This document shows positions 1 to 9,998 of a stretch of 42,879 nt of DNA, piece after piece. The stretch comes from a virus. The position numbers and the translations under genes are program-made. The notes under the pieces are model-generated. The model was given only the letters and a program-made list of their open reading frames with translations. It did no database searches and was not told where the DNA came from. The stretch lies in the UHGV virus genome UHGV-0301147. The stretch is one strand, 5' to 3'. The number at the start of each line of letters is the position of its first letter. Positions within the stretch are counted from its first letter, which is position 1.

Positions 1-20
1 AAACCACCCGAAGGTGGTTT
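1..20 (-). terminator. Hairpin downstream of the tRNA 3' end (probable tRNA terminator; U-tract reaches the window edge)
   Basis: Perfect inverted repeat aaaccacc / ggtggttt with a 4-nt loop at 1-20, lying 3' of the minus-strand tRNA fragment. Confidence 0.4.
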
Positions 21-64
21 CACGACACTGCTTATTGCTTTGATTTTATTCTTATCTTTCCCAT

Positions 65-119
65 GGTACCCGGAGCGGGACTTGAACCCGCACAGCGCGA
101 ACGCCGAGGGATTTTAAAT
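65..119 (-). tRNA. Partial tRNA-Leu(UAA): anticodon loop through CCA end only; prophage attachment core
   Basis: Reverse complement reads ...ATTTAAAATCCCTCGGCGTTCGCGCTGTGCGGGTTCAAGTCCCGCTCCGGGTACCA: T-arm GCGGG-TTCAAGT-CCCGC, long variable arm, anticodon loop with TAA, CCA end; match to a tRNA stops at ~119 so the 5' half is absent. Confidence 0.7.
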
Positions 120-300
120 TGGTCGCTTTGTGCAATAAATTCAAATAATTATGGCAAATTATCCGGACATAATGGTGTGTATGAATATCAAATAATCATA
201 TAGTTACGACGCGTCTTACTCATCGTCTTCTGAAGGTTTTTGGCAAAAATGGTGATGTTCTGCGCCTTTATGTGACCAAACTGTCAGGAGCAAAGCGAGG

Positions 301-331
301 TAAAGGGGTATGAGAAAAACTCACATACCCC
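301..331 (-). terminator. Rho-independent terminator candidate after the left-end lipoprotein gene
   Basis: ggggtatg / catacccc 8-bp stem at 305-331 directly after the stop at 340-342, followed on the minus strand by TTTA. Confidence 0.45.
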
Positions 332-339
332 AACACAAA

Positions 340-759
340 TTAAAACGCGGTTGGGTGAATTCCATATTCACCGTTTGATCCATACCCTATGCGATACATC
401 AAAGTACGATCTGTTGTCACCTTGCCCGCTTGTTCGCTCATGCCACCACCACATACTCCTTTTGGCCACGCGCTGAAGACATGATCACCAATCGTTGGGT
501 ATACAACGACTTTCTGAGCTGTACCTAAATCTGCCACCTCTTTACCATCAACATAAACACGGGAAAAACACGCGCTTCCAAAGAAACCCGAGTCACGCTT
601 GATGATCACCTCTCCCGTACCGTCTCGTTTTTCGAGTAACGCGGTACTGATAATTTGTTTTTCAGGAACAGGAGTGGCTTGTTCATTTGAGACAGGTTTT
701 GTAGCACAACCGACAAGAGCAAGCATAATCCCACAGGCAAGACCATTTTTAACGACCAT
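340..759 (-). CDS. Putative lipoprotein (cargo gene at prophage left end)
   Basis: 139-aa ORF with signal peptide and lipobox (LVGC); sits between tail gene D and the att core; no family recognised. Confidence 0.55.
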   Translation of the reverse strand: MVVKNGLACGIMLALVGCATKPVSNEQATPVPEKQIISTALLEKRDGTGEVIIKRDSGFFGSACFSRVYVDGKEVADLGTAQKVVVYPTIGDHVFSAWPKGVCGGGMSEQAGKVTTDRTLMYRIGYGSNGEYGIHPTAF

Positions 760-925
760 GTTTGAAAACTCCCAATATTAAAAATATGTCAGCATCTAAC
801 GATAACAACGTTCAGCACCAGAGACTCTTCGTTCTCCGGCTTACGCCTAAAAATATCGCAGGTGCCGTTTGCAGTCGACATCTGTTAATACTAAATTCAT
901 ACCGCCACCGGCTCGCCGAGCCCAT

Positions 926-1969
926 TTACTCCAGAGACAGCCGAACCGAAAAACCGTTTTCAGCGAGCGTCAGACTCAGTGTGTTGATAGTCCAGTCCCG
1001 GTCCTCCTCGGTCCCGAATCCTTGAGTTGTGACTTTGCATTCTGCTGTCAGCGACACTAAATCGAGCGTCGCTGGCGTCGTGTACGTCATAGAGAACTCT
1101 TTTTTAGCTGCACCGCCCTTGAGCCCTGGTGCAGCTTCTTTCGCTGCGTCGAGCGACGGCTCAACTGCCGGCCATTCAATGACAGGATCGCCGCCACTAC
1201 CTGTCCGCAATTCTTTGATCTGCCCAGTTGCTGTGTCGTGATATTTAATCAGATACGTCGGTTCCGGATTTTCGCCACCGCTACCACTATCGCCACTTTG
1301 TCCATTTCTCGAATAGCCCCAGCTGGAGTTATCACGACGAGTTAGCGTGTAGTGCTGGAGCGGAGCACCGCTAACAGATTCGCCCGCGCCGCGCGGCAGG
1401 AATATCCAGTACCCGCCCGCGGGTTTACTCACCGCATCGAATCTCGTTGCGAGCCGCGACATCAGGTGCATATCTGACTCGCCGACCTGATCGAGTTGCG
1501 TGATAACATTGTCTGCAAACCGCTTTGATACGCGTGGTTTTAGCCCATTATCGCTCGCTATTGTCGCAACGATATCGCTGACAGTGACGTCGCTCCAGGA
1601 ACGAGTCTTTTTGCTCTGAACTGTCGGAGATCCTTTTGCTGCGTTCATCGGAGCCGCTTTTGCTGTGAAATCAACTACCCGGGGTTCACCGCCACTGCTA
1701 GCACCGTCAACGATGTATATCCCTTTATCAATTATCTGATTACCGAAACCGAGCCCAATACTGATTTTTACTCCGCGGGCCGGAATTTTCAGAGTTTCAG
1801 AAACTATTGCTACGCGGAGTTCGTCTGTCTGTTTACTGGAGCCGCCGTAATCTGTCAGCGTGATATTGATCAAACCTTTTCTTATTTTATCCGTGATGTT
1901 TTTATTATCAGCAGATATATAAAAATTAGGTTTCCACGCCTCCACGCCAGTATTTACGTAATCACTCAT
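926..1969 (-). CDS. Tail protein, P2 gpD (late control D) family
   Basis: 347-aa ORF at the distal end of the tail operon, in P2 gene D position; sequence consistent with late-control-D family. Confidence 0.8.
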   Translation of the reverse strand: MSDYVNTGVEAWKPNFYISADNKNITDKIRKGLINITLTDYGGSSKQTDELRVAIVSETLKIPARGVKISIGLGFGNQIIDKGIYIVDGASSGGEPRVVDFTAKAAPMNAAKGSPTVQSKKTRSWSDVTVSDIVATIASDNGLKPRVSKRFADNVITQLDQVGESDMHLMSRLATRFDAVSKPAGGYWIFLPRGAGESVSGAPLQHYTLTRRDNSSWGYSRNGQSGDSGSGGENPEPTYLIKYHDTATGQIKELRTGSGGDPVIEWPAVEPSLDAAKEAAPGLKGGAAKKEFSMTYTTPATLDLVSLTAECKVTTQGFGTEEDRDWTINTLSLTLAENGFSVRLSLE

Positions 1970-1972
1970 TCA

Positions 1973-2197
1973 TCAATCCCATAATTGCGTTTCTTTTTTA
2001 ACCGGCTCTGGTTCGATATCTGGTAAAACAATTTTTTCTCCAGCACGAAACACGGCACACATATCCGTTACGCCGTAATTCGAAACCTGATATAAAACAG
2101 TCTCTGTCGTTTTTGACGCTCTCCCGTAGACCGCAAGGCAGATCTGATCGAGACGGTCACCGTCCCGTGTAGTGTATGTAATCATTTGGGGCCCCAT
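1973..2197 (-). CDS. Tail protein X (LysM-like)
   Basis: 74-aa ORF with the phage tail X family signature, immediately upstream of the D-like gene. Confidence 0.8.
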   Translation of the reverse strand: MGPQMITYTTRDGDRLDQICLAVYGRASKTTETVLYQVSNYGVTDMCAVFRAGEKIVLPDIEPEPVKKETQLWD

Positions 2198-2358
2198 TAA
2201 TTAAAAGGATTTCATAATGAGAATTAATTTTAGTAGTCGGAGAGGTATTAGTATTTCGGCGTCAAAAAAAATACCATCAGGTTGTTTTACATTTATGTTC
2301 GTAGTTTTTTTTATTATTTTTATACTTGTTAAGTGCTCTGGTAGCGCTTGATTTTGTA

Positions 2359-2787
2359 TTAATCTAGCGAAGCTCCATAATATTCGAGCGTGAGTGAAAA
2401 GTCCTGCGATTTAGGTGTTCCGCCCATCAAAAAGCTGTTTTGCGTTTCAGTTAGTTCTCGCAGCACCCAGTACCCTTTCACCTCCCCGGTCCCCAGCACT
2501 AGCTGCTGGGGTTCTCCCGTGTTCCCGAGCGCTCGCAAATCTGTCAACAGGCCGACGCCGCACCCGTCAAGAAATAAAGCGTTTATCTTTCCATCGATAG
2601 TAATTGTGGGGTTCGGTCGTCCGGTTATCTGCAACGCGTCGTTTTTCCCGAATCGTGTTTGCTGAGCCCAGCGCCAGGCGTCACTACGTTGCAGTTTGTT
2701 GTACGCTACTGTTGATATAGCAAAAATGAAATCACCCAGGCCGAGCATGATATCCTCAGCACCGTTTATTGCATCACTCATTGTCAC
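2359..2787 (-). CDS. Tail protein, P2 gpU family
   Basis: 142-aa ORF directly downstream of the tape measure gene, matching P2 T-U-D order. Confidence 0.8.
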   Translation of the reverse strand: MTMSDAINGAEDIMLGLGDFIFAISTVAYNKLQRSDAWRWAQQTRFGKNDALQITGRPNPTITIDGKINALFLDGCGVGLLTDLRALGNTGEPQQLVLGTGEVKGYWVLRELTETQNSFLMGGTPKSQDFSLTLEYYGASLD

Positions 2788-4424
2788 CCCGCCGCCGCTG
2801 GTTTATCAAACATCGCGCCACGATTGTACGAACTCGCAGCCTGTCTCAGTCCATCGAGCACCCCCGACGCTGCAGATTGTTGTATTGACTGCGGATCTGT
2901 CGCACCGACAATATTGATTTCGATTTTATTGTTTTGCTCCGGCGCAGGTGTCGAGACTGCCTGCTTCAACGTATCAATATTTAACGTCGACGAATCCAGT
3001 GCTGCAGGCGCGGTATTTTTATTTACCATCCCGGATAATGGATTAACAAACGCGAGCATTGATTCTGCCTGAGATTTTGCCTGTTCTTGCCGTTCTGGAT
3101 GCCGCATATTTTCGACAGCCTCTTCGGCTTTTGCCTTCGCAATATTATCAGCAGTCAATCCAGCGTTCGGTGAATATTTACCTCCCGAATCCATAAACTC
3201 TTGATATGCCCGATTATATTCGTCATTATAAGTTTTCTGTTCTTCATCTGATTTTTCATCCGGAATAAGCCACTCCAGTTTCTTTACGACAGCCCATATA
3301 ATCTTCCCGAATTTGACGCAACCTTCTCCAAAATTGACGATGCCATCCCACATTTTTTTCATATTTTCTGGTTTTACCCACTCAGTAATTGTGCTGACAA
3401 AACCACCCTGATTATCCTTAAACCAGGATGTAAATGTTTCACGTACTGAGTCAAACGTCGGCGCGAGTTCCCCCCCGATTTTACCGAGTGTATCTGCAAG
3501 TCCCGACGTAATAGAGCCCCACAGATTTGTCACTGATACATGCGCACGCGCCGCCCCTTCCGCACCCTCTTTTGTTAACAAATTCGACTTTTGCGCGTCA
3601 GACATTGTCTGTTCCCAGCTTTTACCCGTCGCCTTCATATACGTCATGATCTTATTAGCCTCGCCCCCCATGAGCTGGTCAGCGAGGCTCGCCGCTTGCT
3701 TCTCATCTTTCATTTCAGAGATGCGACGCATAACCTCATTAAACTGTTTTTCCCGATCCCAGCCAGCCATTCGTTTTTTCGTCAGGCCAATTTGAAATAA
3801 CATGGGATTCAGGCTTTTTTCGTTTCCGATTTCGCCGATTTTATTTGTAAGTTCTTCAGACAAATCCCCGATATTTTCGCCGTTCAGGCCCGCGGCTTTA
3901 CCAATATTTTCCCACGCAGCGTATTTTTCGACGCCAACGCCGTAGGACTTCGCCAGACCGAGTTTTTCTGACGTCTCTGCATTCATTGCCAGCGCACCAG
4001 CTGCAGCACCGCCAATGAGCCCTGCCGCGCCAAGTGTCCCCCATTTGATACCCCGCCCCGTAGCCCTCACCGCACCTGCGGCGGCTCGTCCGCCCCATTT
4101 TGCAGCTCCTTTTGCGCGACCCGTCCACTTCTCCAGCTGCTGTTTTTTAGCAAGTTGAGTATTCAGCGCCTCCTGGTCCTGCGTTGTCGCTTTTATCCGA
4201 CGGTCCAGCTTTTGATACTGAGCAGATAAATCAGAAACGTCTTTACCTGCCAGTTTCATTGCTGCGATTTTGTCTTTTAATTTATCCTGACTTTTCGTTA
4301 ATTTCCCGACAGTAGACGACGTCTGCCGAATCGCATCATTGAGTTCTGTTGTACCGCGACGAAACGACGGGTCTATTCGCCCACCGAATACAACCTGCGT
4401 TTTAAAGTTTTGAGAAATAGCCAT
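2784..4424 (-). CDS. Tail tape measure protein
   Basis: 546-aa Ala/Gly/Lys-rich coiled-coil-type protein between the assembly chaperone and gpU. Confidence 0.75.
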   Translation of the reverse strand: MAISQNFKTQVVFGGRIDPSFRRGTTELNDAIRQTSSTVGKLTKSQDKLKDKIAAMKLAGKDVSDLSAQYQKLDRRIKATTQDQEALNTQLAKKQQLEKWTGRAKGAAKWGGRAAAGAVRATGRGIKWGTLGAAGLIGGAAAGALAMNAETSEKLGLAKSYGVGVEKYAAWENIGKAAGLNGENIGDLSEELTNKIGEIGNEKSLNPMLFQIGLTKKRMAGWDREKQFNEVMRRISEMKDEKQAASLADQLMGGEANKIMTYMKATGKSWEQTMSDAQKSNLLTKEGAEGAARAHVSVTNLWGSITSGLADTLGKIGGELAPTFDSVRETFTSWFKDNQGGFVSTITEWVKPENMKKMWDGIVNFGEGCVKFGKIIWAVVKKLEWLIPDEKSDEEQKTYNDEYNRAYQEFMDSGGKYSPNAGLTADNIAKAKAEEAVENMRHPERQEQAKSQAESMLAFVNPLSGMVNKNTAPAALDSSTLNIDTLKQAVSTPAPEQNNKIEINIVGATDPQSIQQSAASGVLDGLRQAASSYNRGAMFDKPAAAG

Positions 4425-4814
4425 CGATTTTCATGACCTCGTTTACATAGAAATTAAAAACCCGGTACGGCAGGTCCATTTGCGTATCGGGCGGGATGGC
4501 AAGTTTTTTCGCAATAAACGGAATCAGAATAACTATATCTGATGTCGGTCTTTCGGGGGCTTTACCAGTTCGTTAAACGCGGCCTCCATTTGATCGTAAT
4601 CGCACACAGGCAGTGCATATAAATCCTCACGCTCCAGATTTGCCAGGCGCGCCAGCATTGTCGCTGTCCGCTCTTCAAGACCACTTTTATCGTTACTGAA
4701 CATAATGCGGTCGCGTAATTTTGGTTCGCGAATAGTAATTGTATCGCGGCTCTCACCCTTAATAATAAACGGGCGAGAGAGCGTAATAGTCATACTGTCT
4801 AATAATGATTCCAT
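4402..4814 (-). CDS. Predicted E+E' fusion produced by programmed -1 frameshift near the 3' end of the chaperone gene
   Basis: The -1 frame opens after a stop at 4573-4575, runs ~55 codons without stops across the 108-bp gap and ends at 4402-4404, overlapping the tape measure start at 4424; G GTA AAG lies in the shift window. Confidence 0.5.
4533..4814 (-). CDS. Tail assembly chaperone (P2 gpE-like)
   Basis: 93-aa ORF between the tube gene and the tape measure gene. Confidence 0.7.
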   Translation of the reverse strand: MESLLDSMTITLSRPFIIKGESRDTITIREPKLRDRIMFSNDKSGLEERTATMLARLANLEREDLYALPVCDYDQMEAAFNELVKPPKDRHQI

Positions 4815-4826
4815 TTTATTTGCCTT

Positions 4827-5339
4827 TTAATATACATGGAGAATACGAGCAACGCCCGCAAGAACGTCAACACCATTAATTACTCGTTTCATTTTTGCAG
4901 GATGAATCTCGTAAATAACTTTTCCATTTTGAACTCGTTTATAATAGCTCGGCGCAATCGTTACTGATTGCCCAACTGCTGATTTTGAATCAGTCCCCTG
5001 CGCGTCATCAGTAATCGCCGTAATAAGCCCCTCATATGTATCAATACGTTCAAAATTGACACCGTAATTGTCAGTATATGCACTTCGAATTTCGAACCTT
5101 GTTTTAGCACCTGGTATTAATCCAAAATACCCCATCACACCAGAATCGGAGCCAGAGACTTTAAAACTGGCTGACATTTTCTCCATTCCTCCGTCCAGAG
5201 TGATAGCTGTATCCATCGCGCCTGTTTTAAACTCGTCTTCGATTATTTTCATATCGACTGGAGTATATTCAGTACAATTTAAAACCCGTTCGCCCTGCAC
5301 GAATAGCGCAAACGCGCGGTAAGCGTTGCTGTCTGACAT
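4827..5339 (-). CDS. Contractile tail tube protein (gpFII-like)
   Basis: 170-aa ORF directly downstream of the sheath gene. Confidence 0.8.
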   Translation of the reverse strand: MSDSNAYRAFALFVQGERVLNCTEYTPVDMKIIEDEFKTGAMDTAITLDGGMEKMSASFKVSGSDSGVMGYFGLIPGAKTRFEIRSAYTDNYGVNFERIDTYEGLITAITDDAQGTDSKSAVGQSVTIAPSYYKRVQNGKVIYEIHPAKMKRVINGVDVLAGVARILHVY

Positions 5340-5356
5340 ATTTAATCTCCGAATTA

Positions 5357-6859
5357 TCAGGCTGCTTCTTTAAAAAGGGAGGCCAGTGCTTCAACTGTAT
5401 AGTCATTATTAATGCGGTACATTAACGTAATTGTTTGTGCCGGAGATTTCGGACCAAAATCAACATTAATATAAAGATTACCCGCAGCCAGGCTTTCTTT
5501 TGTATTCAGCTCACTGTCTAACCACGCACGCCCTCCGTTAATCGCACCCTGCTCCTCTAATTTGTGCAGATATGCGTTTATCGACTCGACAACGTCTGTT
5601 CCGAGGTGCAGGTCTATCGGACGAACAATAAAATCGGTCATCATTGCCCGGGCTATAGAATCCTCAATTACGTCAGCTGTTCGACGAACGCTCTCGAAAG
5701 ACCATTGCGGGCTGAGGCTGCACAAATAGTTACCCCAGTGTCTGAACCCGTCATAGCGAATAATCGTGCTGACCTGGCTGGCATTCAGCAGGTTCGCTGT
5801 GCAGTTTGTCTCACCAATAATAAAATCGTCGACTTGTTCAAGCCCTGTAACTCCGTAGATATTCTGGTTCGATTTACTCCACCAGAATCCTTTTTCATTA
5901 TCAATTCGGGCTCGTAAACCAGCAGCGATAGCTGAATACGGACGAGATAACCCACTGACATCACTCGTAGAATAAACGCGAGGTCGCAACAACTCAGCGC
6001 GTCCGCCGAGTTTTTGCCTGCGATTCACAACGTCTGCAGGGGTAGCAGCGCGCGGAGAGTCGATATAACACACTCCCCGGAGTTTATTTGCAACCACTTC
6101 AAGCTGAGCCGCTATTTCGTCTCGTGCGCTGTAATCCGGCGCTATAATAATTCGCGGGGTAACTTCGTTAATTTGCGCTGACGTCAAAAGCGAATTAATT
6201 CCGGCGATAACATTTTCGCTCATATCAGCGTCGTCGCTACTCTCTACAACGCGAACAACAACGATTAATGCATCAGTCTGATTTAAAATATCAGAAATAG
6301 CGGGGGGCAGAGTCCCGTATTTCCCGAGCAGGGCGGCTTTCTTCTGACTACCTGCAATTAATACAGGAGAATTAATCGGGAATGCGTCATCTGTTCCACC
6401 TGATAAATTTGTTGGTGGAAGACCAAATACTGTACCGGTTCCGGAATGCTCGCCACCAAAAGTTACATTAATCCACTCTCCGTCTGTTTTCCCCTCTCTA
6501 TATTCCTGATTCTGATCATACATTTTGCCGGGGGTCATTCCCGGCTCCGTAATCATCGTTAATTTTTTTGTTCCGTCGGGCAGCGTGCTATATCCTGGAG
6601 TGCAGGTTGCGCCCTCAACTGTCATATCTACAATTTCAACAACCCATTTGTTCCCGTCGCTGCCCGGTGATACAGTTGAAAACTCAACGAGATTATCAGC
6701 CAGCGATGAGCCCCACGTTAATGATGCTCTCGTAGCCTCCGCGACGTTCGTCGCAGTACCAACAATCCCAATCACGGAAATATCTACTGTGTTGATCTCT
6801 TTTGTGCCGTCGTCGTATTCGAGCGTGCGAATACCGTGCAAAAAATTAGTTACGCTCAT
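5357..6859 (-). CDS. Contractile tail sheath protein (gpFI-like)
   Basis: 500-aa ORF with sheath-family character, in sheath-tube-chaperone-tape measure order. Confidence 0.85.
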   Translation of the reverse strand: MSVTNFLHGIRTLEYDDGTKEINTVDISVIGIVGTATNVAEATRASLTWGSSLADNLVEFSTVSPGSDGNKWVVEIVDMTVEGATCTPGYSTLPDGTKKLTMITEPGMTPGKMYDQNQEYREGKTDGEWINVTFGGEHSGTGTVFGLPPTNLSGGTDDAFPINSPVLIAGSQKKAALLGKYGTLPPAISDILNQTDALIVVVRVVESSDDADMSENVIAGINSLLTSAQINEVTPRIIIAPDYSARDEIAAQLEVVANKLRGVCYIDSPRAATPADVVNRRQKLGGRAELLRPRVYSTSDVSGLSRPYSAIAAGLRARIDNEKGFWWSKSNQNIYGVTGLEQVDDFIIGETNCTANLLNASQVSTIIRYDGFRHWGNYLCSLSPQWSFESVRRTADVIEDSIARAMMTDFIVRPIDLHLGTDVVESINAYLHKLEEQGAINGGRAWLDSELNTKESLAAGNLYINVDFGPKSPAQTITLMYRINNDYTVEALASLFKEAA

Positions 6860-7245
6860 TTTATTCCTTCTCTATTTTCACCAATTCGCGTCGCTATTGC
6901 TTCTTTAAGCTCGGCCAAGTTTTCGATTTGCGCGTCAGATGCGGTTCCGGCATCTACTGCACACTGAATTGAGAATGCCTCAATTGACAGATCGCCAACA
7001 GTCCGTAATGTAGTCTGGAGTTTTTGCGTCTGCTCTTTTTTTACAAATTTAGAAATGCTCCCATAATCCCCGCTCAGCGCTCTTTCATATAAAACCCTAC
7101 CGTGTTCCTCGCAATCATTTTTCATTGCGGTGAATGGAATGTCGTTTCCAATCCCGTCAATATCGCAAATAATATTTATAGATAACCCATGCTCGTCATT
7201 AAAAACAGGGTTTGTTATTTTTCTAAATGAATCAACACTTATCAT
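6856..7245 (-). CDS. Tail fiber assembly protein (gpG-like)
   Basis: 129-aa ORF immediately downstream of the tail fiber gene; call is mainly positional. Confidence 0.55.
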   Translation of the reverse strand: MISVDSFRKITNPVFNDEHGLSINIICDIDGIGNDIPFTAMKNDCEEHGRVLYERALSGDYGSISKFVKKEQTQKLQTTLRTVGDLSIEAFSIQCAVDAGTASDAQIENLAELKEAIATRIGENREGIK

Positions 7246-8456
7246 TACGCAATCCTAATAGCTAAAAAACAGGCAGTCCCAATATCACCGACCCCGCCTG
7301 GTGAATACGCCATAGCTCGCCATGAGCCAACAAGGGGTGTGTCATAAAATGGTTTTGTGGCAATATCCGTGTTATATGAACCGGTATTATTTATACTAGC
7401 GTAATATAAATCACCTCCAGCCCATATGGAGCCCGGTAGTATTTGTGGTGCATGATTAATAGCGACAAGCGCATAAGTATTAACCGCGCCAACAACACCT
7501 ATTTCCGGTGATGGGTCCGGTGAAAGACTTATATCTATGTTGCCATTTTCATCCGGCGACTCCCCGTTAATCGTTTTAACCGGTTTAAGATTAGCCTCAT
7601 TCCAGTATTTATACGTCATTCCGCCACACAGTAATACCAGGCCATCATAGTGAACTCCGCGTAATCTATAAAAAACCTTCTGATTGTTTTCTCCACGGGT
7701 CGAAAAATCTAAATAATCGCCCGACACATCTGATAAACCAGCAAGTGAAAACAACGTCAAATCAGTGCCCGGTTTGTTTATATTTATTTGTTTTTTAGAG
7801 GATAAAACGTCTTCAAAAATCACATCATCTTTAAAAGTATTTGGATGAGTAAATGCATTACCCTTATCTCTATATGCAACGTCCCCATCTATACCAATAT
7901 TTTTCCGCGCAGCCTGCTGAGCAGTTTCACCATTTGCGGGAATTTCAGATAAGTTTTTACTTATCTGCAAATATTTTTTGTCAGCTTCCTCGGGAGTTAC
8001 GTAGTTGTCATATACTACAACATTAACCGTAGATGTGCTGGACACCGCGAGTGTGTATTTATACGTGATTGAAATCAGCGCACCGTTGCTGTCCGTAGGT
8101 TTTAAAATGTCCGGCGAGCGCGCCACAGAGTACAGCTCGCCTTTATCTGTTAATATCCCCACCTCACGGATAGTATAGCCCCCAGTGTCTGGCGGTACGT
8201 AAAGTGTAAAGATAACCTGGTTACCGCTATTTTCTGCGGATTTAATATCCCCACGATACGTCTCGTGAATTAATGCAGTTCGTGCCGGGTCCGGTGTTAC
8301 GTCGTCGTTTCCGTTTGCGTCGCCAATAACGAATTTATTCAGCACCACGGGTACACCCGATGCCAGCGCAGCGGCTTCAAGTTGCGCCCCCCGGTCTGTC
8401 AGTACCGCATAAACCTGGCTCGCGCTCGCTTTCAGATTTGATTTTAATTTAGCCAT
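7245..8456 (-). CDS. Tail fiber protein (gpH-like)
   Basis: 403-aa ORF after baseplate gene I with a conserved-looking N-terminus and a variable C-terminus. Confidence 0.75.
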   Translation of the reverse strand: MAKLKSNLKASASQVYAVLTDRGAQLEAAALASGVPVVLNKFVIGDANGNDDVTPDPARTALIHETYRGDIKSAENSGNQVIFTLYVPPDTGGYTIREVGILTDKGELYSVARSPDILKPTDSNGALISITYKYTLAVSSTSTVNVVVYDNYVTPEEADKKYLQISKNLSEIPANGETAQQAARKNIGIDGDVAYRDKGNAFTHPNTFKDDVIFEDVLSSKKQININKPGTDLTLFSLAGLSDVSGDYLDFSTRGENNQKVFYRLRGVHYDGLVLLCGGMTYKYWNEANLKPVKTINGESPDENGNIDISLSPDPSPEIGVVGAVNTYALVAINHAPQILPGSIWAGGDLYYASINNTGSYNTDIATKPFYDTPLVGSWRAMAYSPGGVGDIGTACFLAIRIA

Positions 8457-9075
8457 TAGGTCCTATCTCCACTAACAAACTCACAATTGGCGAGCCTGAT
8501 ATATATAGCCCGCCGTTAATTTTTACACCGCCGTCGCCGTCTGCTGGGATATTTACGCCTATTTTCGCGTAAGGCGCACCAGCTATAAAAAATTCACCAT
8601 CGACACCCGTTTCAAAATTTATTTCTTTTAATAAGGAACGGCAATTTTTTGCATCAAATATTTGTGCAATAAAGGTATTCAATAGTTCTAAATCTAACCC
8701 TATACTTTTTAGCAGATATATTTTAATTGCGAATGTATACGGGTCGTCCCTGGGCGTGGCTTCAAACCACTCTCTCATTTTGCTCTCAAATCCCACCGTT
8801 AATAATGCTCGTTCGACGGCACCACGCGTGCCGCGATGTTTATTTTGCCAGGCTGCGGCCTTAATAATTTCGCGTTTTTGCTGCTCGCTCCAGTCGGGGT
8901 TCCAGTAGGTGACCGCGTACTCCCACGCCAGCCACGGCAACAGATTTGCAGGGCACAAATCGGGATTTTTAATAATTCGAATATCGCCAGGCAGATCGCC
9001 GACGTGAGATAAAACAACCTCAAGCGCCCTCTCAGGGGTTATTGCGTTCGGAGGCAGTACGCTTTGACTTGTCAT
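8449..9075 (-). CDS. Baseplate/tail protein I (P2 gpI family)
   Basis: 208-aa ORF between J-like and H-like genes. Confidence 0.75.
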   Translation of the reverse strand: MTSQSVLPPNAITPERALEVVLSHVGDLPGDIRIIKNPDLCPANLLPWLAWEYAVTYWNPDWSEQQKREIIKAAAWQNKHRGTRGAVERALLTVGFESKMREWFEATPRDDPYTFAIKIYLLKSIGLDLELLNTFIAQIFDAKNCRSLLKEINFETGVDGEFFIAGAPYAKIGVNIPADGDGGVKINGGLYISGSPIVSLLVEIGPNG

Positions 9076-9077
9076 GG

Positions 9078-9998
9078 CTACCCCATTTGCACGCTGAGTT
9101 TGATTTCTGTGCAGTACGGAGCCTGTCCGACGCCAGCAATCACATCCTCTGTTGGCGATATCAGAATCACACGCTCCGTTCCGTCACGATGTATCGCGTC
9201 GTAAATTCCTGACAGGGCTGCTGTCGCCCCGATTTTATGTTGTGTAGCCACGTATATAGCTAAATCGCTTTGAGCACCGTTGAGCAACACGTTCTGATCG
9301 GGACCGAGCCCCGCTACGATAACGGCTTCAACCCGGTAATTCAGGTTCGACGCAGGTTTTACAGTCACGAAATCAGTCAGCGGTCGAGTATCGTCAGGAG
9401 ACAGGGCCGCATTCACTGTATTCAGTAGTGATTGAGGCGGAGTGCCGTCGCCGGTTCGCGACAAAACATACATATCGACGTATCCAGGCTGGGTCACCGG
9501 CGGGCCGTACGCCTGAGCTGACAGAACGTCGGGATCACTCGACAGCGCGAAATAGTTATAGGCGTTCGTACTGCCGGCAGTATTCCGCGCGTACCATGAT
9601 AGCTGTATGCGATGACGATACTCGTCGTCACTCTCGTAAACCGCCTCAGTCGGAGGAATTGCGTCAGGATTAGCTGGCGTTATCAACAGCCGCAGGCAGT
9701 CAAAATTAGCGCCGATCTGGTCGAGGTCACTCCCTTTTGCAAACGCGAGCAATACAGCGAGCATCCCCTGATTTACCCGAGCTGTAATAATGATTTCTCT
9801 GTATGCAACTATTTCCAGCAGTTTAACGGCCGGGTCTGACTCCAGGAGTGCGTTAAATTGTGGATATAATATCTGCAATTCTGACAGTAGACTGGATTTA
9901 ACATCTGAAAATAATGGGGTTTTAACGAATGCTGGCGGCGGCAGCAGACTCATATCAATAGTTTTCACTATCGAATTCTGAACTGTTGATGTTATCAA
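9078..9998 (-). CDS. Baseplate protein J
   Basis: 306-aa ORF with baseplate J character, in W-J-I order. Confidence 0.85.
   Translation of the reverse strand: MITSTVQNSIVKTIDMSLLPPPAFVKTPLFSDVKSSLLSELQILYPQFNALLESDPAVKLLEIVAYREIIITARVNQGMLAVLLAFAKGSDLDQIGANFDCLRLLITPANPDAIPPTEAVYESDDEYRHRIQLSWYARNTAGSTNAYNYFALSSDPDVLSAQAYGPPVTQPGYVDMYVLSRTGDGTPPQSLLNTVNAALSPDDTRPLTDFVTVKPASNLNYRVEAVIVAGLGPDQNVLLNGAQSDLAIYVATQHKIGATAALSGIYDAIHRDGTERVILISPTEDVIAGVGQAPYCTEIKLSVQMG

Noticed and set aside
4425-4532. In-frame stop-codon readthrough joining the chaperone gene to the tape measure gene
   Set aside because: The two genes share a frame, but a TGA at 4431-4433 closes it; the -1 frameshift model fits better.
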